NCBI GenBank assembly: GCA_965261085.1
Contig: OZ253442.1
Coordinates: forward strand, 3,392,001 to 3,456,000
Origin: a bacterium
GTDB taxonomy: Bacteria; UBA8248
Direction of reading: 5' to 3'
Length of the DNA stretch: 64,000 nt
Shown: one piece after another, positions 49,633 through 59,955 of the stretch
Layout of the letters: each line of letters starts with the position of its first letter
Position numbering within the stretch: the stretch's first letter is position 1
The notes under the pieces: model-generated
Told to the model about the DNA's origin: nothing
The model's database searches: none
Seen by the model: only the letters and a program-made list of their open reading frames with translations
Program-made: the position numbers and the translations under genes

Positions 49633-50438
49633 AGCGCCGCCTTTCCATCTACCTGGGCGGCGGCATCATCGCCCTTTTGCTGGTCGCCACCCTGGCCGCC
49701 CCCCTTCTCTCGCCCCAAGACCCCTACGAGATGCAGCTACCCAAAGGGCTGGAGGCTCCCGAGACGGCGCACCCCTTCGGGCGGGACAAGCTCGGCCGCG
49801 ACATTTTGAGCCGGGTGCTGCACGGCGGGAGAATCTCGCTCACCGTGGGCTTCGCCACCGTCTCGGTATCCGTGTTGCTGGGCGTCATCATCGGAGGAAT
49901 CGCGGGCTATCTCGGCGGGGTGTGGGATGAGGCGATCATGCGCGTCACCGACGTGTTTCTGGCCTTCCCGGGCATTCTGCTCGCCATCGCCCTCATGTCC
50001 GTGCTCGCACCGAGCCTGTGGAACATCGTCATATCGCTCTCCGTGTTCGGGTGGGTGGGCTACGCGCGCCTCGTCCGCGCTCAGGTGCTGGCGCTGCGCG
50101 AGCGTGAATTCGTAACCGCCGCCCACGCCGCGGGCGCCACGCCCGGGCGAATCCTCACCCACCACCTGCTCACGAACATCATCTCCCCGGTCATCGTGGA
50201 AGCGAGCATCGGCATGGCGGGAGCGATTCTCGCCGAATCGGGACTCTCGTTCCTGGGATTGGGAATTCAGCCGCCCGAGCCGAGTTGGGGGGCGATGCTG
50301 GCCGAGGGGCGCGATTTTCTGCTCGTCGCCCCGCACCTGACGATTTATCCGGGAATCGCCATCGCCCTCACCGTCATGGGCCTGAACATACTGGGCGATG
50401 GGTTGAGAGACCTGCTCGACCCGACTCAGAAGAGATAG
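49629..50438 (+). CDS. Peptide ABC permease (DppC-like)
   Basis: HPFGRDKLGRD, LSFLGLG, SWGAML, GDGLRDLLDP. Confidence 0.92.
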   Translation: MKRRLSIYLGGGIIALLLVATLAAPLLSPQDPYEMQLPKGLEAPETAHPFGRDKLGRDILSRVLHGGRISLTVGFATVSVSVLLGVIIGGIAGYLGGVWDEAIMRVTDVFLAFPGILLAIALMSVLAPSLWNIVISLSVFGWVGYARLVRAQVLALREREFVTAAHAAGATPGRILTHHLLTNIISPVIVEASIGMAGAILAESGLSFLGLGIQPPEPSWGAMLAEGRDFLLVAPHLTIYPGIAIALTVMGLNILGDGLRDLLDPTQKR

Positions 50439-50893
50439 AGGAAATACCAGCGCCGTTTTTTCTTCTTCTCTTTTTTCACGGCGGCGGGGGGAGCCTCTTG
50501 CTTGGGCGCAGGGCCCTCCCCCTTTTCTCTTTTCAGACGAGGGACGGGCTGCGGCTTGGGGATATTGGCGATGTCCACCAAAACGCCATGCGGAAAGGTG
50601 GTGCTGCGCTGCTCTTTTTTGAAAAACGTCTCGGGCCGAACGAGGTGGCATGCAAGGCACTGGCTAGCGGCGCGCAACGGGCTTTTTTCATCATACCGAA
50701 GCTGTTGCTTCTCGACGTGCGGGGCTTCCTGGAAGCTAGCGTGCAGATGGCAGCTTTGGCAGTAGGACGTGACGACTACGTTTTCTTCCACAGGGGCAAG
50801 AGAACCGCGCACCGCCCTTTCTATGGGCTTTTGCTGACAAGCGGAAACGAGCAGCAAGCAGACCGCCAATCCCATGAACCATAAGTTCTTCAT
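50426..50893 (-). CDS. Diheme c-type cytochrome lipoprotein
   Basis: Lipobox LVSAC; CQSCH and CLACH heme motifs. Confidence 0.72.
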   Translation of the reverse strand: MKNLWFMGLAVCLLLVSACQQKPIERAVRGSLAPVEENVVVTSYCQSCHLHASFQEAPHVEKQQLRYDEKSPLRAASQCLACHLVRPETFFKKEQRSTTFPHGVLVDIANIPKPQPVPRLKREKGEGPAPKQEAPPAAVKKEKKKKRRWYFLYLF

Positions 50894-50995
50894 CCTGCCG
50901 CTCCAAGAAATGTCCATCCAGAAAAAAGCGCTTCGTTCCGCTCATGAGCGCGCAGTATACGAACTGCGCCTTCGCGCCGCAACGAAGCCGCGCCT

Positions 50996-51409
50996 TCAGG
51001 CGCTTTCCCTACGCTCGGCCACCGCTTCACGCACATAGGCGACGATGTCCTCCATCGTCGCGCCCGGGGTGAAAATCTCATCCACCCCCTTTTGCTTGAG
51101 CAAGGGAATATCCGCATCCGGCACGATGCCGCCCCCGAAGAGCAGGACGTCCTCCATGCCGTGTTTGTCGAGCAATTCACGAATCCTGGGAAACAGGTGG
51201 TTGTGGGCGCCGGAGAGAATCGAGAGGCCCACGCAGTCGACGTCCTCCTGCATGGCGATCGAGGCGATTTGCTCGGGCGTCTGGCGGATGCCCGTATAGA
51301 TCACCTCCATACCGGCGTCCCTGAGCGCGCGCGCTACCACCTTGGCCCCCCTGTCGTGGCCGTCGAGGCCGGGTTTGCCCACCAGCACCCGTATTTTTCT
51401 CTCACTCAT
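50996..51409 (-). CDS. Stand-alone cobalamin-binding domain of acyl-CoA mutase (small subunit)
   Basis: [31 protein letters not shown]. Confidence 0.92.
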   Translation of the reverse strand: MSERKIRVLVGKPGLDGHDRGAKVVARALRDAGMEVIYTGIRQTPEQIASIAMQEDVDCVGLSILSGAHNHLFPRIRELLDKHGMEDVLLFGGGIVPDADIPLLKQKGVDEIFTPGATMEDIVAYVREAVAERRESA

Positions 51410-51582
51410 CCGCCGCCTCCGCGCTTCGATGTAATCCGAAAGGTTCCAGCCCCGATTATCCTGCAAAGAAAGCCGCGTTTCAAATGAACTCAGGAGTGTG
51501 TCGACTTTTCCCGTAAGTTTTCGTAACCTCAGAGAATCAGAAATATATGACAATGCGCCAAATCGCCCCACAGGATTCTCAC

Positions 51583-53619
51583 ATGACACCCACACGGGAA
51601 ATTTACTGGAACATCGTCTTGGGCCCGTTGGTCTACCTCTTCGCCGCGGCGGCGATCGGTGTGATGTCCTACGGTATCTACCAGCGCGTGCGCCTGTGGC
51701 GCCTGGGCGGCGGCGAGATGAGAACAGACAATCCGGTAAAACGCCTCTGGGGCGTGGTGGATGAGTTGGTGCTCCACCGCCGGATGCTGCGGGATACCTA
51801 CCCCGGCCTCATGCACCTGTTCATCTTCTATGGTTTTTTCGCCGAACTCATCGCCACTTCGATGATAGCCGTTCAGGAATGGACGGGAATCCACTATCTC
51901 AAGGGAAACCTCTACCTGGGCTACTCGCTGCTCAGCGACGGATTCGGGCTGTTGGGGATCGTCGGCATCCTGATGGCCCTCTGGCGACGCCTGGTGGTGA
52001 AGCCTGAACGCATGAACTCCGTGCTGGACGACTACCTCGCGCTGTGGCTGCTCCTGCTCGTCTTCGTTCAAGGCTTCGTCGTGGAGGGGCTGCGCATCGC
52101 GGCGACCGAACTCAGGCAGAACCCGGCCCTGGCCCCGTGGTCGCCGGGCGGCTACGCGGTCGCCCTGACCTTGCAGGGGCTGAGCGTCGAGACGCTTCAA
52201 TTCCTCCACCGCATCAACTGGTGGTTCCACGCCGTCACCGCATTCCTGCTGCTCGGCTACATGGGTTTCGGGAAATTCAACCACATCTGGTACGGCTTGT
52301 TGAACATATTCTGCAGAAATCTGGGACCCAGCGGCAAGCTGAGCTTCATCGACATCGAGGCGACGATGGAAGCGGACCCCGAGGCGCTGGAAACCCTGGG
52401 CGTGGAGAAAATCGAGGGGTACACCTGGAAGAATCTACTGGACCTGGACGCATGCACGAACTGCGGCCGCTGCCAGGACGTCTGCCCCGCCTATATAAGC
52501 GGCGTGCCGCTCAGCCCCCAAAAGCTGATTCAGGACATGAAGGCGCATTTGAGCGAGGCGGGCACGGCGGCGCTCGCGGAAAACGGAGAAGCGGGCGAGA
52601 GGCCGCCCCTGTTCGGCGAGCCCGGGGACAGGCCCGCAGTTCTCGAGGAAGAACTCTGGGGCTGCCGCACCTGCGGGGCCTGCCAGCAGGAGTGCCCCGT
52701 CTTCATCGAGCACATCCCCAAAATGGTGGACATGCGCCGCTACCTGGTGATGATGGAATCGAAGACGAGCGAGGACGCGCGTCAGTTCTTAAAGTCGATG
52801 GACGAGCGGCTCCACCCCTGGGTGGGCGCCCAGCACAACCGGGAGGAATGGTACGAGGGTCTCGACGTAAAAGTCCTCTCGAGCGGCGAGAAGGCGGAAT
52901 ATCTCTATTGGGTGGGCTGTACGGGTTCGATGATCGACCGCAACATCGAGGTGTCCAAGGCGATGGTGAAGATTCTCGCCGCCGCGGGCGTCGACTTCGC
53001 CATCCTGGGCGCGGAGGAAGTCTGCACGGGCGATCCGGCCCGGCGCGCCGGGGGGGAATTCACCTTTCAGATATGCGCGAAGCAGAACATCGAGACGCTG
53101 GGCGGCTATGGGGTGAAGAAAATCATCACCACCTGCCCCCATTGCTTCAACACCTATAAGAACGAATACCCCGACTTCGGGGGAAACTACGAGGTGGTGC
53201 ACCACACGCAGCTCATCGCGGAACTGATAAAATCAGGAAAACTCAAGCTCAAGAAATCGCTCGGCTCCCTCACCTACCACGACCCCTGCTACCTGGGCCG
53301 CCACAACGGCGTATACGACGCTCCGCGCGAGGTTCTCCACCAGATATCGGACGGCGGCTTCACCGAACTGGGGCGCAACCGCTCGCGCGCGCTCTGCTGC
53401 GGCGCGGGGGGCGGCTACGCCTGGATGGACGATGACCCGAAAAAGCGCATCAACCACGAGCGGATCGAGGACGTAAAGGCCTGCGGGGCCAAAACAGCCG
53501 CCGTCTCCTGCCCCTTCTGCATGCAGATGTTCGATGACGCCTTAAAGGCGCTCGACCCCGAGAAGAACATCCGCGCCGCCGACATCGCCGAACTCGTCGC
53601 CGAGGCGATTGAGGAGTAG
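51583..53619 (+). CDS. Membrane Fe-S oxidoreductase, FadF/HdrD-like with CCG domains
   Basis: N-terminal TM helices, [44 protein letters not shown]. Confidence 0.9.
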   Translation: MTPTREIYWNIVLGPLVYLFAAAAIGVMSYGIYQRVRLWRLGGGEMRTDNPVKRLWGVVDELVLHRRMLRDTYPGLMHLFIFYGFFAELIATSMIAVQEWTGIHYLKGNLYLGYSLLSDGFGLLGIVGILMALWRRLVVKPERMNSVLDDYLALWLLLLVFVQGFVVEGLRIAATELRQNPALAPWSPGGYAVALTLQGLSVETLQFLHRINWWFHAVTAFLLLGYMGFGKFNHIWYGLLNIFCRNLGPSGKLSFIDIEATMEADPEALETLGVEKIEGYTWKNLLDLDACTNCGRCQDVCPAYISGVPLSPQKLIQDMKAHLSEAGTAALAENGEAGERPPLFGEPGDRPAVLEEELWGCRTCGACQQECPVFIEHIPKMVDMRRYLVMMESKTSEDARQFLKSMDERLHPWVGAQHNREEWYEGLDVKVLSSGEKAEYLYWVGCTGSMIDRNIEVSKAMVKILAAAGVDFAILGAEEVCTGDPARRAGGEFTFQICAKQNIETLGGYGVKKIITTCPHCFNTYKNEYPDFGGNYEVVHHTQLIAELIKSGKLKLKKSLGSLTYHDPCYLGRHNGVYDAPREVLHQISDGGFTELGRNRSRALCCGAGGGYAWMDDDPKKRINHERIEDVKACGAKTAAVSCPFCMQMFDDALKALDPEKNIRAADIAELVAEAIEE

Positions 53620-53760
53620 AGCAAACCCCCCTGCGCGACCGGCGCGCTCGTGAGGCCGCCGCGCTCTCAACAATTAATTAACGAAACCGACCTTTTGACG
53701 CACCGTGCGCATTCGGCGGGGCTGGTTGCGCCCAGCCAGTGGCTCTGGAAATCCGCCCCG

Positions 53761-54456
53761 TCAGCGGGTCTTGTCCTCGGGCCCGGCAGGTGCGACGCGG
53801 ATGTCGCCGTACCAGCCCCGGGCCGAAAGCCGGCTGTTGTCGGTGTCGGTCATGACGGCGATGTGGGTGATCTCGGTGATGTCGCGGCCGAAAAAGCGCC
53901 GGAAATCCTCGCGCATGTTCCGGCGATGCGTCCGCCACTCTCCGGCGTGGCGCGCGCCTGAATCGACTGCGAACATGCGGGCCTTTTTCGTATAGGGGTT
54001 CGGCCAGGAGGAGCCTTCGGGCTGGCGGCTGGCCCAGACGTAGACCACCGAATCGGGAAAGGAGAGCATCCCGGCGCCGGGGGTGACGAAATAGACGCGG
54101 GCGGCGAAATCATCCCCTCCTTTCGACAACTCATCCGGCGGGTTGACCGGACGCTCGATTCGCCAGCGCCAGGTGAGAATCGGTGTTTTGGTGAGGTCGA
54201 TCTTGCGCTCGTACACGAGGCCGGACGCAGCCGCGTTGCTCACCGCCTCGAGGACGGTTTCGCCCCCATCGTCCATGGTCAAGCGGTATTTGGTCTCTCC
54301 TTCAAAGCTCTTGGGCTGCCAGCCGGAGAGGTCGCCCGCCGAGAAGCGGCCGAGCACAATCTCCTGCGCACGGGGGACGCCGGGAGCGAGCGCGAGAAAC
54401 GCGGTCAAAACGCAAAGAACAATCGCGGGGCATTTACGAAAACGGTACGGAAACAT
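53761..54456 (-). CDS. DUF3047 family exported protein
   Basis: Signal peptide, TPILTWRW, GDDFAARVY, YVWAS, MTDTDN. Confidence 0.8.
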   Translation of the reverse strand: MFPYRFRKCPAIVLCVLTAFLALAPGVPRAQEIVLGRFSAGDLSGWQPKSFEGETKYRLTMDDGGETVLEAVSNAAASGLVYERKIDLTKTPILTWRWRIERPVNPPDELSKGGDDFAARVYFVTPGAGMLSFPDSVVYVWASRQPEGSSWPNPYTKKARMFAVDSGARHAGEWRTHRRNMREDFRRFFGRDITEITHIAVMTDTDNSRLSARGWYGDIRVAPAGPEDKTR

Positions 54457-54466
54457 TCAGAAAACC

Positions 54467-55189
54467 TCAGCGGCATAAGGGCCAAATCTGATACCACGAA
54501 TCGCACCGGAACCTCGATTCGCAGCGCGCGAGCTGCGCCTTGTAGAGACGGGCGGTCTCGGCCACCCGCTGCGCGGCGCGCCTAACCTTGGGCTTCTTTT
54601 TCCACGTGCCGCGCCGGTAGCCACCCCTTCCTTCATGATAGGCGAGGTAGAGCCTGTGCGCGTCGTGTAAGGAGATGCCCAGTTCGCGCCGGGTCTTGGC
54701 GTTGTACCAGCCGACGAAGTCGAGCGCGTCCTGCATGCGCGAGCGGCTGCTCAATATGTTGCCGCGCTCCGCCTTGTAGTCCCGCCAGGTCTGGTTCAGG
54801 GGCTGCGCATAGCCCAGGGCCGTGGAGGCGCGGCCGAGCGGAATGAACAAGAACCACCTCATGGGCGGCCTGGCGTGGCTCTGAAAGCTCGATTCTTTCC
54901 TCACGAACGCCATGAGCACGTGCACCGGCGTGCCCCAGCGCTTCTCGGAGGCGCGAGCGTAGTCGTACCAGTCGGGCTGCTGATCGAAAACCGAGCAGAT
55001 GTTCCCCTGCCGCCTGGGCGTGGGCGTGACGCAGCCGCTCACGAGGAAAGCGAGGGCGATAGCGCCCAACAGATACCGGCGCCGGCGCGCACGAGGCGCC
55101 CGTTTCTCCCAAAAATCTATTGAGCGAAAACGTGAGTCCGACATCGGCTCATCATCTCCATGTAGGGGCGGGGTGCGTTTGCCGTTCAT
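54467..55189 (-). CDS. Lytic transglycosylase (SLT-like) lipoprotein
   Basis: LVSGC lipobox, ESSF, GYAQ, LYLAYHEG.GG; start uncertain. Confidence 0.8.
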   Translation of the reverse strand: MNGKRTPPLHGDDEPMSDSRFRSIDFWEKRAPRARRRRYLLGAIALAFLVSGCVTPTPRRQGNICSVFDQQPDWYDYARASEKRWGTPVHVLMAFVRKESSFQSHARPPMRWFLFIPLGRASTALGYAQPLNQTWRDYKAERGNILSSRSRMQDALDFVGWYNAKTRRELGISLHDAHRLYLAYHEGRGGYRRGTWKKKPKVRRAAQRVAETARLYKAQLARCESRFRCDSWYQIWPLCR

Positions 55190-55216
55190 TATCTCGTTAT
55201 CAACACGTTTAGCTGA

Positions 55217-55505
55217 TCATTTTCGTCTAAAAGTGAGCGACAAGCGGCTTTGTGGTTCATACGTGAGCGTCAAAGCATCTCATTTCAATGATGGTGTTCG
55301 ACATATGGGCAAAGGCGGCTTTCGGTTAACAATAAAAATTTTCTCCATCCCCAAGTCACTCTCTCATCAATCTCACTCAAAAGTATCCGTTTGACACTTT
55401 GTCGGTCATTTTTAGCCAAAAGTGAGCGACAAATAGCTTTGTGGTTAATACGTGCACATCAAAGCAGTTTCTTTCGTGATACTCAAGATATGGGCAAGGG
55501 CGGCG
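55217..55505. repeat. Diverged ~100 bp direct repeat pair, 189 bp spacing
   Basis: AAAAGTGAGCGACAA at 55229 and 55418, followed in both by GCTTTGTGGTT.ATACGTG..TCAAAGCA..ATATGGGCAA.GGCGGC. Confidence 0.8.
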
Positions 55506-55511
55506 TTCGTT

Positions 55512-56657
55512 TTAGTTGAGCACGTGCTTGGCTATGACCTGGCGCAGGATTTCGTTCGTCCCCTCGTAGATCTGCGTCACCTTGGAAGCCCGGTAGAAGC
55601 GCTCCACTGGATATTCGCGCATGTAGCCGTTGCCCCCGTGGAGTTGAACGCCCTCTTCGGCGTTTCGCTGGGCGGCGTCGGTGGCGAATACCTTGGCGAC
55701 GGCGGCTTCGGGCGAATAGGGCTTCCCCGCCGCCTTGAGCCGCGCCGCCTTCAAGGTGAGCAGACGCGCGCCGTGGACGCGCGTGGCCATGTCGGCGAGC
55801 TTCCACGCAACGGGCTGGTGATCCTTAATCGGGACGCCAAACGTCTCTCGCTCGCGCGCATAGGCCACCGAGGCGTCGAGACACGCCCGCGCGAAGCCGA
55901 GCCCCTGCGCAGCGACGATGATGCGCCCCGAATCCAGTATCCGCATCGCCAGTTCGAAGCCCTGCCCCTCATCGCCCACGCGGTTTTCTTCGGGCAGTTC
56001 CACGGCGTCGAAGCGAAGCTCCGATATCGAGCAGCCGTGCATCCCCATCTTGTCCTCGCTGCGCACGACCTCGAAGCCCTCCACATCCGTCGGCACCAAA
56101 AAGACGCTCAGCCCCTTGTGGCGCATCGAGCGATTGGTCACCGCGAAGAGAAGGCACAGACCCGCCTGCTTGCCGCTGGTGATGAAGCGCTTCAAACCAT
56201 TGATGCGGTAGGCGTTCCCCTCGCGCACGGCGCTGGTGGTGAGCGAGGCGGCGTCAGAGCCCGCGCCGGGCTCCGTCAGGGCGAAAGCGCCGATGCACGC
56301 GCCGCTCGCCAGGCCGTGTAAGTATTTTTCTTTTTGCCCCTCGCTCCCGAAGCGATAGACCGGATCGCAGACCAGGGAGTTGTGAGCGGCGAAAATCGCG
56401 CTCGTCGAGGGACACGCGGCGGCGACTTCTTCGGTCGCCAGCGCCATCGACACGGGGTCCGCGCCCCCTCCGCCGTAGGAATCCGGCACCGTGAGGCCCA
56501 TCAGCCCAAGCTCGCCCATGCTCTTCACGACCTCCGCCGGGAAGCGGCCTTCGTCTATCTCCGCCGCCTGGGGAGCGATTTCGCGCTCACAGAAATCGCG
56601 CGTCATCCGGCGCACCATCTTCTGCTCGTCGTTCAAAAAAACGTCATCCGGCATCAA
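55512..56657 (-). CDS. Acyl-CoA dehydrogenase
   Basis: FALTEPGAGSDA, NGLKRFIT, KMG, GGNGY, IYEGTNEI. Confidence 0.95.
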   Translation of the reverse strand: MMPDDVFLNDEQKMVRRMTRDFCEREIAPQAAEIDEGRFPAEVVKSMGELGLMGLTVPDSYGGGGADPVSMALATEEVAAACPSTSAIFAAHNSLVCDPVYRFGSEGQKEKYLHGLASGACIGAFALTEPGAGSDAASLTTSAVREGNAYRINGLKRFITSGKQAGLCLLFAVTNRSMRHKGLSVFLVPTDVEGFEVVRSEDKMGMHGCSISELRFDAVELPEENRVGDEGQGFELAMRILDSGRIIVAAQGLGFARACLDASVAYARERETFGVPIKDHQPVAWKLADMATRVHGARLLTLKAARLKAAGKPYSPEAAVAKVFATDAAQRNAEEGVQLHGGNGYMREYPVERFYRASKVTQIYEGTNEILRQVIAKHVLN

Positions 56658-56832
56658 CCATGCCTCCGATTCACTCCATCTACCCGAACTATCAGAGCGA
56701 CAATGTAGCAGGCCCTTGCCCGAATATCACCCACGCGGCATCATGCGGATGAAATCGAAAATATGCGGTTTCATCCACCGATATGCTTCCTTGAAATTTC
56801 AGGGATTCGCTCGGGTCCCAAAGGAGAAAACC

Positions 56833-57813
56833 ATGGCGGAAACCATCAACGTGCTCACGAGAGAGGACGTCCTCGATAGTCTCAAGAACCTGCGCAAGGT
56901 GCAGGAGGTGGATTATTCAGCGCTTTATTCGAGCCACCTGGGCGGCGTGGTGACGGACCCCGCCCTGATGATCATTCCCTTCGACGATCACATGGTCCAC
57001 AGGGGCCACGGCATCTTCGACACCGCGGCCATCATCGAGGGGAAGATTTACGACCTGGAAAACCACCTGGACCGCTTCATCCGCTCGGCGGAGGCATCGA
57101 AGCTCGAACTCCCCGCCCGCGAGGAGATGCGCGAGATCGTCATCCGCACGAGCGCGCTCTCGGGCTGCCGCGAGGGTTCGATCCGCTACTGGGCTTCTTC
57201 CGGGACTGGCAACCTCGGGCTCATCCCCGCAGCGGACGCCAAGCCCGCCTTTTTCGTGATGATCTTCGGCGGCCTCGACTATCCCGAGCGCTACTACACG
57301 GAAGGCTTGAAGGTGATGACGACGACCTATCCCATCAAGCCGCCGCTATACGCCATCACCAAGAGCACGAACTACCTGCCCAACACCCTGATGCAGATGG
57401 AGGCGAAAGAATGCGGCCTCGACAACGGGATTTTCGTGGACGAGGCGGGCAACGTGGGCGAGGGCTCGAACATGAACTGCGCCTTCGTGACTGCAGAGGG
57501 CGTGCTGCGGCATCCTAAATTCGAGAACATCCTCTCGGGCTGCACCGTGAAGCGCCTGCTCGAACTCGCAAGCCGCCTGGTGGATCAAGGGGTCATCGCA
57601 GACGTGGTGGTGGACGACATTCCCGTGGCCGAGGCCAAGGCCGCCGCCGAGATGATGCTCATCGGAAGCTCGATATACGTCGCCCCCGTCGTGCAGTGGG
57701 ACGATCAGGTAATCGGAGACGGAAAACCGGGTCCCGTGACCCGCGCGATGCGCGAGTTGCTCGAAGAGGATATGCGCTCGGGCGAGGGAATGCTGATAGA
57801 AGTGCCGTATTAG
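56833..57813 (+). CDS. Class IV PLP enzyme (D-amino acid aminotransferase/ADC lyase-like)
   Basis: DDHMVHRGHGIFDT, KSTNYLPN, EGSNMN, ILSGCT. Confidence 0.88.
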   Translation: MAETINVLTREDVLDSLKNLRKVQEVDYSALYSSHLGGVVTDPALMIIPFDDHMVHRGHGIFDTAAIIEGKIYDLENHLDRFIRSAEASKLELPAREEMREIVIRTSALSGCREGSIRYWASSGTGNLGLIPAADAKPAFFVMIFGGLDYPERYYTEGLKVMTTTYPIKPPLYAITKSTNYLPNTLMQMEAKECGLDNGIFVDEAGNVGEGSNMNCAFVTAEGVLRHPKFENILSGCTVKRLLELASRLVDQGVIADVVVDDIPVAEAKAAAEMMLIGSSIYVAPVVQWDDQVIGDGKPGPVTRAMRELLEEDMRSGEGMLIEVPY

Positions 57814-57928
57814 TTATCTGACAAAACCTAAAGACGGCTTCTGCCGCCTCGCAGGCGGTGTGTCCGACGGGACCCTCACAAAGCGGACCGCGAACGCGTC
57901 GACCCACCAAAGCCGCGCCTTATGAATG

Positions 57929-58114
57929 TTTCTTCGGAGGGGCGTGGATCGCCTCGCCGTGCACGTCGATAGTGAATTTCGAGCGGGCTAGAAATTCCTC
58001 CATCACGATCATGGAAAAAGCGGGCAAGGAGTACTTCATCCGCCACTCCGCTTGAAAGCGAACACGCCTACGTTTTCTTCGGAGGGGCGTGGATCGCCTC
58101 GCCGTGGACGTCGA
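57929..58114. repeat. 41 bp direct repeat duplicating the 3' end of lpdA
   Basis: 57929-57969 vs 58074-58114, one mismatch. Confidence 0.85.
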
Positions 58115-59471
58115 AAGCCGCCTCCATCACGGCTTCCGAGAGCGTGGGGTGGGCGTGCATCGTCCGCGCCAAGTCCGAGGCGGTGACGTTGTGCTGCATG
58201 GCGACGGCGGCCTCGTGCACGATATCGGCGGCGTGGGCGCCTATGATGTGAACACCCAGAATGGCGTCATCCCCCGCGTCGGCGATCACTTTCACCTCCC
58301 CTTCTATCGCGCGTTCGGCCTGCGCCTTGCCCAGGGCGCGCACCGCGAACTTGCCCACGCGCACCGCATGCCCCGCCTTGGTCGCCTCGTGCTCCGCCAT
58401 GCCGACGACGCCGATTTCAGGATGCGTGAAGATGCCGGCCGGAATCGCCCGGTAATCCATCCGTATCTCGCCGCCCATGGCGTTTTCCGCCGCGGCGACC
58501 CCTTCCGCCGAGGCCACGTGCGCGAGCATGGGCTCGCCCACCACGTCCCCAGCCGCGTAGACGCCCGGGACGTTCGTCTCCATCATATCGTTCACCTGAA
58601 TCTCGCCGCGGGGCCCGAGTTTGACGCCGATTCGCTCAAGCCCCAGCCCGTCGGTGTTCATCGTCCGCCCAACGGAGACGAGCACGAGGTCGGCGCGTTC
58701 TTCTTCGTCCGAACCCTCGATTTCGGCGACCATTGCCCTGCCCTTGCGCGAGACGCTCGTTATCTTCTCACCCAGGCGCACCTTAATCTTTTGTTTTCTC
58801 AATTCGCGCGCCATGAGCTTGGAAACATCCTCATCACCTAACGGCAGGACGCGATCCAGCAATTCCACCATGGTGACCTCGGCGCCCAGCTCTCGATACA
58901 GACACGCGAATTCACACCCGATAACACCCGCGCCCACGATGAGCACTCTTTCGGGCAGTTTTTTCAAGTGCACGGCCTGTTCGGAAGAGATGATTTTTTT
59001 TCCGTCGATGGGGAAAGCGGGAATCTGGGCGGGCCTCGAACCCGTGGCGATGATGATCTTATCGGCGGATATTATCTCGTGCGTCCCGTCTTTTCCGCGC
59101 ACCGAAATTCTGCCCATATCGAGAATCTCGGCGTCGCCCGCCATGTGGTCTACTCCGTGAGCCTTGAACAGCCCGCCGATGCCGCGTACGAGGCCGGCGA
59201 CTATCTTGTCCTTGCGCTCCACCATGGCGGCCAAGTCCGCGCGCACCTCGCCCGTGACCTCGATGCCGTAGGCGTCCGCGTTCTTGATGTTCCTAAAAAC
59301 TTCCGCCGACGCGATTAAGCTCTTGCTCGGGATGCAGCCCCAGTTCAGGCAGGTGCCGCCCAACTCGTCGCGCTCGATGACCACGCAGCTTCCCCCGCTC
59401 TGGGCCACGCGCACGCCCGCCACGTAGCCCGCAGGCCCCCCGCCTATCACCGCCACGTCATACGCCGCCAT
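58068..59471 (-). CDS. lpdA: Dihydrolipoamide dehydrogenase
   Basis: GGGPAGY, GGTCLNWGCIPSK, MLAHVA, HAHPTLSE. Confidence 0.96.
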   Translation of the reverse strand: MAAYDVAVIGGGPAGYVAGVRVAQSGGSCVVIERDELGGTCLNWGCIPSKSLIASAEVFRNIKNADAYGIEVTGEVRADLAAMVERKDKIVAGLVRGIGGLFKAHGVDHMAGDAEILDMGRISVRGKDGTHEIISADKIIIATGSRPAQIPAFPIDGKKIISSEQAVHLKKLPERVLIVGAGVIGCEFACLYRELGAEVTMVELLDRVLPLGDEDVSKLMARELRKQKIKVRLGEKITSVSRKGRAMVAEIEGSDEEERADLVLVSVGRTMNTDGLGLERIGVKLGPRGEIQVNDMMETNVPGVYAAGDVVGEPMLAHVASAEGVAAAENAMGGEIRMDYRAIPAGIFTHPEIGVVGMAEHEATKAGHAVRVGKFAVRALGKAQAERAIEGEVKVIADAGDDAILGVHIIGAHAADIVHEAAVAMQHNVTASDLARTMHAHPTLSEAVMEAAFDVHGEAIHAPPKKT

Positions 59472-59586
59472 GTTTCCTCCTTCGGGTAATCCGCTCCACG
59501 AACCAAAAACCGCGCCCATTAGACCAAGGTTCCGCGCCGATGCCAAATGGGGGGGAGGTTCAGGCGTAAACCGCCCGGAATCGTCC

Positions 59587-59619
59587 TTGACAAGAGAAGC
59601 GCGATATTGTAGCTACAAT
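59587..59619 (+). promoter_or_regulatory. Promoter/operator of the dinJ-like antitoxin
   Basis: TTGACA at 59587 and perfect palindrome ATTGTAGCTACAAT at 59606-59619. Confidence 0.65.
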
Positions 59620-59646
59620 GAGGCTACACAAGAGGGGGACACCCGA

Positions 59647-59904
59647 ATGCCAACCGATACGGTCGTGCGCGCCCGAATCGACAGCGAAACCAAAGCCCGC
59701 GCCACGGAGGCGCTTAACGCGATGGGCCTTTCGGTTTCCGATGCGATTCGCCTGTTGTTGATGCGCGTGGCGGATGAGCGAAGGCTCCCCTTCGTCGTTC
59801 GCGCGCCGAACCCCGCTACCTTGAAAGCCATGAAGGAGTTGGATGAGGGCAAGGGCAAGAGATTCGAGAGCGCCGAGGCGCTGTTCGAGGATTTGGGTTT
59901 GTGA
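59647..59904 (+). CDS. RelB/DinJ family antitoxin (no intact cognate toxin)
   Basis: VVRARIDSETK..A...L..MGLSVSDAIRL..LPF..PN..T. Confidence 0.9.
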   Translation: MPTDTVVRARIDSETKARATEALNAMGLSVSDAIRLLLMRVADERRLPFVVRAPNPATLKAMKELDEGKGKRFESAEALFEDLGL

Positions 59905-59955
59905 TGTTTCGGCATCCGTAGTCACGTCGATAGAACTTTGGAAAGGAAAATCTAA

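Noticed and set aside
55217-55505. Possible CRISPR array or integron attC sites
   Set aside because: Only two long diverged copies, no repeat-spacer periodicity, no cas or intI gene, no attC-like palindrome.
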